DNA of 27,202 bases. Origin: Chlamydiia bacterium (GTDB lineage Bacteria; Chlamydiota; Chlamydiia; Chlamydiales; Parachlamydiaceae). The notes under the pieces were generated by a model. It searched no databases. It was not told the DNA's origin and was given only the letters and a program-made list of their open reading frames with translations. Within the stretch, counting starts at the first letter, position 1. Every line of letters starts with the position of its first letter. Shown here piece by piece: positions 19,309 to 27,202 of this stretch. Location: positions 1 to 27,202 of the forward strand of contig JBBSJT010000018.1 of assembly GCA_038257035.1 (NCBI GenBank). The letters run 5' to 3'. The position numbers were made by a program, and so were the translations under genes.

Positions 19309-19824
19309 ATGACAAAAAAAAACTCAAAAATCTTTCGAGCAACACCTAAAAAACTATCTATTTCAGCGCCGGCTGCTCCAAAATCTAATCTTTATGACGT
19401 AGATTTTTACAAATGGACAAAAACACAAGCCGCTTTATTGAAGAAAAAACAAATTTCAGAATTAGATTTCAATAATTTGCGAGAGGAGATTGAATCTTTG
19501 GGAAAAAATGACAAAAGATCTCTAAGAAGTCAAACAACCAGACTACTAATGCATCTATTAAAGAAAAAATTCCAACCTGAAATGGACACTTCTAATTCTT
19601 GGAATAGTACAATAACCGATGCTACTAGAGAAATTAAATATTTAATAAAAGATAGTCCATCCTTAAGAAATGAACTATCAAAAATATTTCCTGAAGCATA
19701 TGAAGATGCAAGAGAAGATGCTGCGAATGAAACGAAGCTCAGTGTTAAAATTTTTCCAAAAGAATCTCTTTGGAAGCTTGATGAACTCTTCCCCGATCTA
19801 TCCAAAAAAATGAAAAAAAAATAA
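19309..19824 (+). CDS. DUF29 family protein
   Basis: LYDVDFYKW...QAALL...LDFNNLREEIESLG...LLMHLLK...SW..TI...DSPSL...AYEDA...A.NET...FP pattern. The ATG at 19309 (AAGGTG upstream) is preferred over the TTG at 19207, which lies inside the REP element. Confidence 0.88.
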   Translation: MTKKNSKIFRATPKKLSISAPAAPKSNLYDVDFYKWTKTQAALLKKKQISELDFNNLREEIESLGKNDKRSLRSQTTRLLMHLLKKKFQPEMDTSNSWNSTITDATREIKYLIKDSPSLRNELSKIFPEAYEDAREDAANETKLSVKIFPKESLWKLDELFPDLSKKMKKK

Positions 19825-19933
19825 TCCCGCAAAATCTTACTTGTCTTTCCTCCGACCATTGTAAAGATTAGCATGGAAAACACGAAAAGCCTTAGCAAAC
19901 TTAAAGCTTAACCTACAGATAAATAGATTAGTG

Positions 19934-20038
19934 GGGGAACGGTTTTCTTGATGGTGCATAACTTATAATTGATAATTTAAGCGACATGTGTTTCTAGCTT
20001 CGATTAAAAAGTTATGAACTTGTGAGAGAACTGTCCCC
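19934..20038. repeat. Degenerate palindromic element H
   Basis: GGGGAACGGTTTTCTTGATGGTGCATAACTTATAATTGA versus the reverse complement of the right end GGGGACAGTTCTCTCACAAGTTCATAACTTTTTAATCGA. Confidence 0.65.
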
Positions 20039-20061
20039 GATCCCTCTTAAAACAAACGTTT

Positions 20062-20589
20062 TCAACTAAATTTCTTTTTGATTTCGCGAAGCTTGGAATC
20101 AATCTTCTTCCTTTCAGAACTTTCCAATCGGTCGATAAATAAAACACCGTTGAGATGATCATTCTCATGCAGAATTACGCGTGCACTCATCCCTGAGAAA
20201 TCTTCGGTAAATCGTTTGCCTTCTAAATTAGTTGCCTCTACTTTAATCTTCAGGGGGCGAAATACATCCCCATATACTTTCGGAATAGACAGACACCCTT
20301 CAGAAAAATAATCTTCATCACTACTGTAACTTAAAATCTTTGGATTGATAAAAACACGTACTTCACCTTTTTCCCAGTCATCGTTCTCATCATTCTCAAT
20401 AGGAGCGCGTGTAATAAATAAAGCAATCGAATGATTGACTTGAGGGGCTGCAAGGCCTATTCCATCTTTTTGATCCATTGCCACAATCATTGCTTCAACA
20501 AGTTGCTTGATTTCATCGCTGATGTTTTCAATAGGCTTTGCTTTTTTTCGCAAAATTGGATTGCCGTAATAAATAAAATCTAATTTCAT
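20062..20589 (-). CDS. def: Peptide deformylase
   Basis: GIGLAAPQV, EGCLS and HENDHLNG motifs. Confidence 0.97.
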   Translation of the reverse strand: MKLDFIYYGNPILRKKAKPIENISDEIKQLVEAMIVAMDQKDGIGLAAPQVNHSIALFITRAPIENDENDDWEKGEVRVFINPKILSYSSDEDYFSEGCLSIPKVYGDVFRPLKIKVEATNLEGKRFTEDFSGMSARVILHENDHLNGVLFIDRLESSERKKIDSKLREIKKKFS

Positions 20590-20597
20590 AAAAACCT

Positions 20598-22157
20598 TTA
20601 AATAGCGTACTCTACGGCACGTTTTTCCCGTACTACAGTAACTTTAATTTTTCCTGGGTAATTAAGTTCTTGCTCTATGCGTTTAGTTAAGTTTTTGGCA
20701 AGGTCCATCACGCCAAGATCATCGATCATGTCGGGCAATACTGAAATGCGGATTTCACGTCCTGCTTGCAAAGCATAAGCTTTTTCAACACCCGGGAATT
20801 CATGAGCAATGTCTTCAAGTTTTTTTAGGCGATTCATATACTCTTCAACAGCTTCTATGCGGGCACCGGGGCGTGATGCTGAAATGGCATCTGCTGCGCT
20901 ACAAAGGCTTGCTTCAACAGTTGTAGGCTCCATCTCTTGGTGGTGACAACCAATTCCAACGGCAACTTCCTTGTTTTCTCCATATTTAAGGGCAATGTCA
21001 TGGCCGATAATAGCATGAGAGCCCTCCATTTCATGAGAAACGGCTTTACCCATATCGTGAAGAAGTCCGATGCGTCTTGCTAAGCGCTGATCTAACCCAA
21101 GTTCTGCTGCCATGAGTCCCATGAGGTGGGAAACTTCCAATGAGTGATCCAAAATGTTTTGACCATAGCTATAGCGGAATTTAAGCTTACCGATCAATAA
21201 GATGATTTGAGGATGAAGATTCATAGCGCCGGCCTTTAAAGCCGCATCTTCACCCCATTGTTTGATTTGCTTAACTGTTGTCTGTTTTGCTTTTTCCACA
21301 GCTTCTTCAATGCGCGTTGGATGGATTCTTCCATCGGTCACAAGATCTGTTAGAGCAATTTTTGCAATGTGAATTCTGATTGGATCAAATCCTGATAAAA
21401 CAATAGCATTTGGCGTATCGTCAATAATAAAATTGACACCCGTTTCTTTTTCAAGTGAGCGAATGTTTCGGCCTTCACGACCAATGATGCGCCCTTTCAT
21501 TTCTTCATTTGGGATCGAAATTGTATGCACAGTGGTCTCTGAAACACATGAAGAGGCGAGGCGATTAATGGCTGTTGCAATAATGGTGCTGGCTTGTTTG
21601 TCAGCCTCTTCTTCGGCCTCTTTTTTGATGCGTCTTACTAAATTAACGGCATCAGCTTTTACATCGCAGGTGATTTTATTGATCAATATTTCTTTAGCTT
21701 CATTTGCACTTAAACCCGATATTTTTTCCAACTCCACTAAAAGACTGTCGCGAAGCTCATTTACTGAAGATTTTTCTTCATCAAGTTTGACTTTTCTTAA
21801 CTGCAACGTAGCTTCTCTCGTTTCAATATCGCTTAATTTCTTTTCGACAAGATTCATGCGTGTTTCAATTTTATCTTCTTTTAGCTTGATACGCTCTTCT
21901 TCGCGTTGCAGTTTTTTTCTTTCCGACTGCCAGACCATTTCAAGCTCGCGCTGGTGATCGACCTGTTGCGTTTTAAGCAAAATTTCTGTGTGACGTTTTA
22001 AGTTGTTGGCATCAAGTTCAGCTTTATTAACGATATTTTTTGCAATGGTCTCGTAGGTGCCAAGTTTAGATCGGTGATATAAATAAACACCTAAACAGCC
22101 CAAAAAAAGACCTAAAGTAAATACCAAGCTTAGCTCGGTTAGAGGGTCTAAATACAT
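20598..22157 (-). CDS. rny: Ribonuclease Y
   Basis: N-terminal TM anchor, coiled coil, KH domain (KGRIIGREGRNIR), HD domain (LLHDMGKA) and C-terminal YALQAGREIR...YPGKIKVTVVRE. Confidence 0.96.
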   Translation of the reverse strand: MYLDPLTELSLVFTLGLFLGCLGVYLYHRSKLGTYETIAKNIVNKAELDANNLKRHTEILLKTQQVDHQRELEMVWQSERKKLQREEERIKLKEDKIETRMNLVEKKLSDIETREATLQLRKVKLDEEKSSVNELRDSLLVELEKISGLSANEAKEILINKITCDVKADAVNLVRRIKKEAEEEADKQASTIIATAINRLASSCVSETTVHTISIPNEEMKGRIIGREGRNIRSLEKETGVNFIIDDTPNAIVLSGFDPIRIHIAKIALTDLVTDGRIHPTRIEEAVEKAKQTTVKQIKQWGEDAALKAGAMNLHPQIILLIGKLKFRYSYGQNILDHSLEVSHLMGLMAAELGLDQRLARRIGLLHDMGKAVSHEMEGSHAIIGHDIALKYGENKEVAVGIGCHHQEMEPTTVEASLCSAADAISASRPGARIEAVEEYMNRLKKLEDIAHEFPGVEKAYALQAGREIRISVLPDMIDDLGVMDLAKNLTKRIEQELNYPGKIKVTVVREKRAVEYAI

Positions 22158-22234
22158 AATTTTATTCCTTTAGAATCTTTAAACTATAACAGAATGGCAG
22201 GTTTTTAAGAAGCATGAACTGCTCTTTTTCGAAC

Positions 22235-22556
22235 TATATACAGGTGCTACTTGAAAGTGAAAAGTTTTAGATTTTTTTTACCGCGAAGAATTAAGAAGAA
22301 GTATTATACCTTTAGGGTGGATCTTTTTACCGCGAAGACCGCGAAGAAGCGCGGCTTATGCCGCGGGAAGAAGCGCGAAGAAGCGCGCTGTCGCGCGATA
22401 GGAACATATGTTTTTCAAAGATTTGAATCTAATAGTCTTTTTAATTCTCCTCGCGCTTTTAAGCGCGCTTTCTTCGCGTTTCTTCCCGCAGCAAAGCTGC
22501 GCTTCTTCGCGGTCTTCGCGGTGAAAAAATGGGAAAATAACGGGATTAGTAAAAAC
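22235..22556. repeat. Composite palindromic element B (CGCGAAG-unit arms with two stacked leaders)
   Basis: Arms 22324-22397 and 22452-22528 are inverted. 22305-22337 matches the reverse complement of 4651-4683, and 22235-22282 matches 24892-24935. Confidence 0.9.
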
Positions 22557-23899
22557 TAGGGGTTGTTGAGGGGTTTGATTTTGACTTGCTCGACCGATTT
22601 TTCACTAGAGCTTAAGACTTCCAATTCGAAATCATCCCGATGAATAATAAAGCCTTTTTGAGGGATGCTTCCTGCTGATTGGTAAATATAACCGCCTATA
22701 GTGTCGTAATCTGCATCTTGCGGAATATTGATATTCAATATCTCTTCAACATCTAGGATGCTCATTCTGGCATCAACAACCCATGAGCCGTCAGGTAATT
22801 CACGATAAAGTGTTTCTTCATCATCATATTCATCAGAAATATCTCCGACGATCACCTCTAAAATATCTTCGATAGTAACAATACCTTCTGTGCCCCCATA
22901 TTCATCGACTACAATCGCTGCATGCACTTGTTTCTTGCGAAATTCCTGCAAAAGGCTGCTAAGTCTTTTAGTCTCAGGAACATATAGAATGTTTTTTTGA
23001 AGTGTTTCGATAGGAGCATCAAGAATTTTAGGATCAAATCCTTTTTTTTCAAATTCCAAGTATTTTGCAAAAAGGTCTTTATACATCAAAACGCCGACTA
23101 TATTATCGATGGAGTTTCTGTAAATAGGTGTTCGACTAAAACCTTGCATCTGCAAAATCTTGGCAGCTTCCCGAATGCTTGTTTCTGAATCAAGACAGAA
23201 TAAATCAACCCTTGGAACCATAACTTCACGAACAATCCGTTCCTTAAAAGAAAGAACAGATTCAATGAGTTTTTTTTCGTGGAAGTCCATTGTAGGGCCA
23301 AAAGGCATTTCTTCGATCATTTCGATGATTTCTTCTCTAATCTGATTGGAAGGTTTTTGTAAATTGTCGATGGAAGTAAAACGAGAAAGGGATTTTAATA
23401 ATTTTAAATAAATGAAGGTTAGAGGAAATATAAGAATCAAAAAAAGTGAGCTGATCAGGGCTGATAAATGCAAGGCTGCTTTTGGAAGACGTGTGGCGAA
23501 GATGCGTGGAAGATAATAACCGAAAATAAATAAAAGCAGGATACAGCTAAAAAAGCTAAAGAATAACCAAAAAAAATCAACAGTTGGGACGTTTTCAAGT
23601 TTTTGTAGCGTTGTAAAGTTTTCTGTCTGTAGAAGAAAAGCCGTAGAAAATGCCGCAAAACAAAAACGGGCAAAGTTTTGTGAGGCAAGGACACCAAAAT
23701 AAATCCCTTCATATTCATTCTCAGGGAAAAAAATGAGATGAAAAGGGCGATAGAAAAATTTTTTTCCAAGAGTTTGCAGTTCATTTCTCGCTTCATTTTT
23801 TTGAAGCGTAGTCAAAGCTATTAACATTGACGTTAAAAAAAATGAACTAACAAGAAAAAATAAGGCACAAAAAAATAAAGTGATCAGGCCCAAAGACAA
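22556..23899 (-). CDS. HlyC/CorC-family membrane protein with CBS domains
   Basis: N-terminal TM region, VREVMVPR, FSRTPIY, AIVVDEYGGTEGIVTIEDILE.IVGDI.DEYD and a CorC C-terminal domain. Confidence 0.93.
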   Translation of the reverse strand: MSLGLITLFFCALFFLVSSFFLTSMLIALTTLQKNEARNELQTLGKKFFYRPFHLIFFPENEYEGIYFGVLASQNFARFCFAAFSTAFLLQTENFTTLQKLENVPTVDFFWLFFSFFSCILLLFIFGYYLPRIFATRLPKAALHLSALISSLFLILIFPLTFIYLKLLKSLSRFTSIDNLQKPSNQIREEIIEMIEEMPFGPTMDFHEKKLIESVLSFKERIVREVMVPRVDLFCLDSETSIREAAKILQMQGFSRTPIYRNSIDNIVGVLMYKDLFAKYLEFEKKGFDPKILDAPIETLQKNILYVPETKRLSSLLQEFRKKQVHAAIVVDEYGGTEGIVTIEDILEVIVGDISDEYDDEETLYRELPDGSWVVDARMSILDVEEILNINIPQDADYDTIGGYIYQSAGSIPQKGFIIHRDDFELEVLSSSEKSVEQVKIKPLNNP

Positions 23900-23902
23900 C
23901 CC

Positions 23903-24349
23903 TTAGTTGAGGTTAATTTTCAACATTCCTAAGTTTGCTAAATGTCGTTTTTCAGCCGCCCGCATCAGCGCGCGCTCTTTTGTCTGTATATCATCATAGC
24001 CCATAAGATGCAAGAGGCCATGAACAATATAAAGTGTTATTTCAAGATGGGGATCACTATTTTTTGAGGCTGCATATTCAAGAGCAACATCCGGGCAGAC
24101 AAAAACTTCCCCTAAAACGCGATAATGAATTTCGTTTTCATCATCAAGGGGGAGTGAAATACAGTCAGTCGGGGAGGGGTCATTGAAAAATTGCCGGTGT
24201 AATTCACAAATTTCATTAATGGAAACAAAATGGATAGCTACTTCATCACACTTTTGATTTTCAAAAGCAATGACAGCTTCAACAATTTTTTTAACTTTAA
24301 CTTTGGATATTTTAACAGTTTTTTGTTTGTTGGAGACTTCAATGTGCAT
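23903..24349 (-). CDS. ybeY: rRNA maturation endoribonuclease YbeY
   Basis: PTDCIS, LGEVFVC and HGLLHLMGYD motifs. Confidence 0.93.
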   Translation of the reverse strand: MHIEVSNKQKTVKISKVKVKKIVEAVIAFENQKCDEVAIHFVSINEICELHRQFFNDPSPTDCISLPLDDENEIHYRVLGEVFVCPDVALEYAASKNSDPHLEITLYIVHGLLHLMGYDDIQTKERALMRAAEKRHLANLGMLKINLN

Positions 24350-24374
24350 GGAAATGTGATGAAAAAGGGGGTTT

Positions 24375-24407
24375 TACACTGAACATATTGATGATCTGTT
24401 CAGTGTA
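24375..24407 (-). terminator. Stem-loop between the small basic protein gene and ybeY
   Basis: Perfect 11-bp stem TACACTGAACA/TGTTCAGTGTA. No immediately adjacent U tract, so function is uncertain. Confidence 0.45.
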
Positions 24408-24429
24408 GTATTTGTAGAGTAATCAAAAA

Positions 24430-24588
24430 TTACGGTAGAATTGGAGTCTTTGGAAGACCTGTTACGCATTTTTCATTTGCGTCCCAACGACCTAATTTTT
24501 TTAATACGTCTATACGCTCAAAACGCTTTAAAACGTTACGCTTTTTAGCGCCTTTATTCGCTTTGCCGAAGCTTGGATGTCTGGACAT
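24430..24588 (-). CDS. PVC-superphylum small basic protein (absent from the ORF track)
   Basis: Manual translation gives MSRHPSFGKANKGAKKRNVLKRFERIDVLKKLGRWDANEKCVTGLPKTPILP* (52 aa). Has the RNVLKR.ERI...GRW...GLPK signature and an AAGGT RBS. Confidence 0.9.
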   Translation of the reverse strand: MSRHPSFGKANKGAKKRNVLKRFERIDVLKKLGRWDANEKCVTGLPKTPILP

Positions 24589-24601
24589 AATTTACCTTTG
24601 C

Positions 24602-24775
24602 TTATCTAATTTTTGGTATAAATACATTTGCCGCGAATTCACCTTCGATAGAATTTGCATGAATTTTAAAACCTGAAGGTAAATTATCTTTCTTTGGGCC
24701 TGATGGTTTTGCCGGTGCTTGACAACGACGGCGAGATTGGCCTCTTCTCTCTGATTGTTTGCTAATACGTACCAT
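24602..24775 (-). CDS. Small basic conserved chlamydial hypothetical protein
   Basis: MVRISKQSERRGQSRRR... (57 aa). AGGAG lies upstream of the ATG at 24775, so the start is moved from 24826. Directly upstream of the PVC small basic protein. Confidence 0.7.
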   Translation of the reverse strand: MVRISKQSERRGQSRRRCQAPAKPSGPKKDNLPSGFKIHANSIEGEFAANVFIPKIR

Positions 24776-24891
24776 GCTAAAGTTTCTCCTAACTCTTAAA
24801 AACAACAGATTATACCTATGGAACAATAATGTTGCAAGGTCAATTTTCGTATAACGAATAAATATGCAAAAGCATATAATTCAAAGTTGAT

Positions 24892-25061
24892 TATATACGG
24901 TGCTACTTGTAGTAAAAAGTTTCAGATTTTTTACCAATGAGGCATTGAGAAAGACATGAGATCAGTGAGAGAGTCTTGAAATTCCTACCCCTCACTGTCC
25001 TCATGCCGATATCACTGCCTCATTGTAAAAAAATATTATTGGTATAATCAAGTAAGACCTG
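24892..25061. repeat. Palindromic element C (TGAG-unit arms) with outer inverted termini
   Basis: Inner arms 24927-24969 and 24991-25032 are inverted. Outer words GGTGCTACTTG (24899) and CAAGTAAGACC (25049) are imperfectly inverted. Confidence 0.82.
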
Positions 25062-25123
25062 CCAGATTTTTCATTTTTGGAGTAGATATATTAATAAAGT
25101 ATTTTTAAATTTCGGAGCGTAAA

Positions 25124-26407
25124 ATGATTACTGAAAACTTTTCTTCAAAACCGGACGTTTTAATTCAACAAAACTTGCAAACCAATAATTTGGTCGTAAA
25201 AACCGGAACAGTCAGTAGTGGCATTTGGAATTTGACAGCCTCGGTATCCTCTTATGTCTTAAGTTTTTTTGATGAGCGCTTATTATTATTAGATGGAGAA
25301 AAAGGAACAGTCGCTTGCAGAGTAAATTATCATTTATCACGAACTCTTCCTAGGCTATCGGACGACTGGACAATTGAATGTGCTACCCGAACTTTCTTAA
25401 GAATGTCAAACTTAATAGCTGTGCGCGGTATCCCGGGTTCTAGCATGGTCGGTCCGTGCGATTATTTTGGAAATTTGGGACAACTCGATAAATATACTTA
25501 TCAATTTGATGTCACTCAATTTCCACCACTTATTCAAAGAAAGCCGATTTTAACTAAAGAAATAGAAATTAAATCAGATATTAAAATAGATAACGAACTT
25601 TTCACAACTATTAGAGCCGAATGGATTCCAGGTAGTGAAAAAGAAATTATTCTTCAGAAACAAACAGAATATCATTTAAAGCCACAACATCTTCGTCAAT
25701 CTCTTTTCTTGAATCCGGGTCTTTTAGAACTTGAGACAAATGAAATTAAATTAAAACATTTTGATCCTCGCGGCATGGATTTATCACCTTTTAAAGCACG
25801 GCTTGTTAATAATAACATTCCTTTTCAAATTTCAAACAAGCCCCTTCCTTCAAAAGATGATTTCCGGGTCGTTACCTACAGGTATGAAGAAGGGTATGCA
25901 AATTGGCAGGTAAAAGAAGGGAGTGGCCTTTTTATTGAAAAACATAATTTTTCCCAATTTATGACACCACTCACTCCTTTTTCAAAAGGATTTGTTGTTC
26001 TGGCCAAATTTAATGATCATCCGAACGAGCTTGAAATGATTGGCATCCAAATTCCTTTTGGATTTACCCTTATTATTGAAGAGGGCTGCATCCATGGGGA
26101 TTCAACCTTAAATGGTTTTTACATGATGGGCATGACATCAGACCACACCACCATGAGAACGGCCGATACCGTATTTTTAAAAGATCGCACCACAAAAGAA
26201 AATGTTTCGATGTCAATCATAGAAGAAAAACTACCCATCTTCAACGAGCCACATGCACCCCATGTGCTCTTTAAAGAATCCACCGATCAAGAAAAAGCTG
26301 AATTTATAAATCTACTCAAAACAAAAAGCCTCATCTGCACCCCTCAAAACCCAGAATACAGGCGAATACTCCTCAACAAAATAAACCCCAGCGCCTCCCC
26401 AAAATAA
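25124..26407 (+). CDS. Hypothetical protein with a possible C-terminal ureidoglycolate-lyase-like cupin domain
   Basis: 427-aa ORF with a GGAG RBS. IEKHNFSQFMTPL and IIEEGCIHGD resemble the AllA-type ERH..SQ.F.PL and G.WH motifs. The domain call is tentative. Confidence 0.6.
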   Translation: MITENFSSKPDVLIQQNLQTNNLVVKTGTVSSGIWNLTASVSSYVLSFFDERLLLLDGEKGTVACRVNYHLSRTLPRLSDDWTIECATRTFLRMSNLIAVRGIPGSSMVGPCDYFGNLGQLDKYTYQFDVTQFPPLIQRKPILTKEIEIKSDIKIDNELFTTIRAEWIPGSEKEIILQKQTEYHLKPQHLRQSLFLNPGLLELETNEIKLKHFDPRGMDLSPFKARLVNNNIPFQISNKPLPSKDDFRVVTYRYEEGYANWQVKEGSGLFIEKHNFSQFMTPLTPFSKGFVVLAKFNDHPNELEMIGIQIPFGFTLIIEEGCIHGDSTLNGFYMMGMTSDHTTMRTADTVFLKDRTTKENVSMSIIEEKLPIFNEPHAPHVLFKESTDQEKAEFINLLKTKSLICTPQNPEYRRILLNKINPSASPK

Positions 26408-26573
26408 AAGTATCCTAGCCCGCGAATGCAGGACGAAACGTGTAGCCACATATGTGGCTAACTATTTTGAACTATCTTCAATTATTAAAAAATTATACAA
26501 AATCTAAACTGTTAGACTTAAATGTTTTAATTTGTTAACCTACTGTTTTAATTAATTTATACGAGTTGCATTT

Positions 26574-27202
26574 ATGATCAATTTTCCAAATAATCTACCT
26601 AATTTCCTTCTTACTCAAATTTCATCACGTGATAAGCCTTTTAGTCTTCAAGTCGCCGATTACCTTCTAGCCCCCTTAAGAATTCAAACGTCCTATGAAG
26701 AAACTGTAATCAACGAAGAAGGACACCCAAGAAAAACAAAATCTAGCGGAGAACTTGATAAACAATTTCAACAACTTCAACTACTTACGAAAATTATGCC
26801 AATTACTTATACTATTGTTTTCACGAGTTCACCACTTTTGAGATCAATTATTGGTTCTGTATATTTATCAGGTTTTTTCCTGGGGACCTCTATAGCAATT
26901 GGCGGCGCAAAAGATTTGAATTCTTATTTCACTAAAAAAATAGATGAAAGAGGAGACTGTTTAAGTTCACAACTACTTAAAGGAGTAGCTGTAGTTCTAA
27001 GTGCCACCCTTCCTATTTTTGTAGGATCTTTGGGGCTACTCGGCTTAAATATTGTTTTTGGTGTAAAAAGCTTACCTATTATATCGTTGATTGCTTTTGG
27101 CTGTTTAGCTCTTCAATTATCTGCAGGTGCACTTTTAAAAGTAATAGCTTATAACACAAATCCTAAAATTAAATCAGCCTACGATAATTATTTAAATAAA
27201 AG
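26574..27202 (+). CDS. Membrane protein with long hydrophobic stretches, Inc-like (3'-truncated; absent from the ORF track)
   Basis: Open from ATG 26574 to the window end: MINFPNNLPNFLLTQ...IMPITYTIVFTSSPLLRSIIGSVYLSGFFLGTSIAIGG...LLKGVAVVLSATLPIFVGSLGLLGLNIVFGVKSLPIISLIAFGCLALQLSAGALLKVIAY... Confidence 0.75.
   Translation, partial: MINFPNNLPNFLLTQISSRDKPFSLQVADYLLAPLRIQTSYEETVINEEGHPRKTKSSGELDKQFQQLQLLTKIMPITYTIVFTSSPLLRSIIGSVYLSGFFLGTSIAIGGAKDLNSYFTKKIDERGDCLSSQLLKGVAVVLSATLPIFVGSLGLLGLNIVFGVKSLPIISLIAFGCLALQLSAGALLKVIAYNTNPKIKSAYDNYLNK

Noticed and set aside
22251..22559. 102-aa plus-strand ORF
   Set aside because: It lies entirely over palindromic element B. The TAKTAKK/FAVFAV text is a translation of the repeat arms, and it has a TTG start on the strand opposite both neighbouring genes.
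26410..26445. Possible hammerhead ribozyme (GGACGAAAC)
   Set aside because: No CTGANGA core upstream of the candidate stem II.

Overview
This is a 27.2 kb AT-rich chromosomal segment from an environmental member of the phylum Chlamydiota (Parachlamydiales-like). The assignment rests on omcA-omcB, the maf/HEAT-repeat/lptD-like cluster and the PVC 'small basic protein' next to ybeY and a CBS gene. Most of the window is core housekeeping DNA: nadK-dxs-xseB-xseA, tpiA-secG, def, rny, CBS protein and ybeY. Likely accessory genes are a TreT-like glycosyltransferase with LigD, a BON protein, a DUF29 protein, two orphans and an Inc-like membrane protein running off the right edge. Three probable genes are missing from the ORF track: omcA (11821-11973), the small basic protein (24430-24588) and the Inc-like CDS (26574->end). 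The main unexplained signal is non-coding: most intergenic gaps over about 150 bp hold a long palindromic element. Several have inverted arms built from ~9-nt tandem units whose sequence differs between elements, inside outer 'casing' sequences that are shared between loci. This suggests a modular family of non-autonomous palindromic mobile elements. No transposase, tRNA, rRNA or CRISPR array was recognised. All alignments were done by eye.
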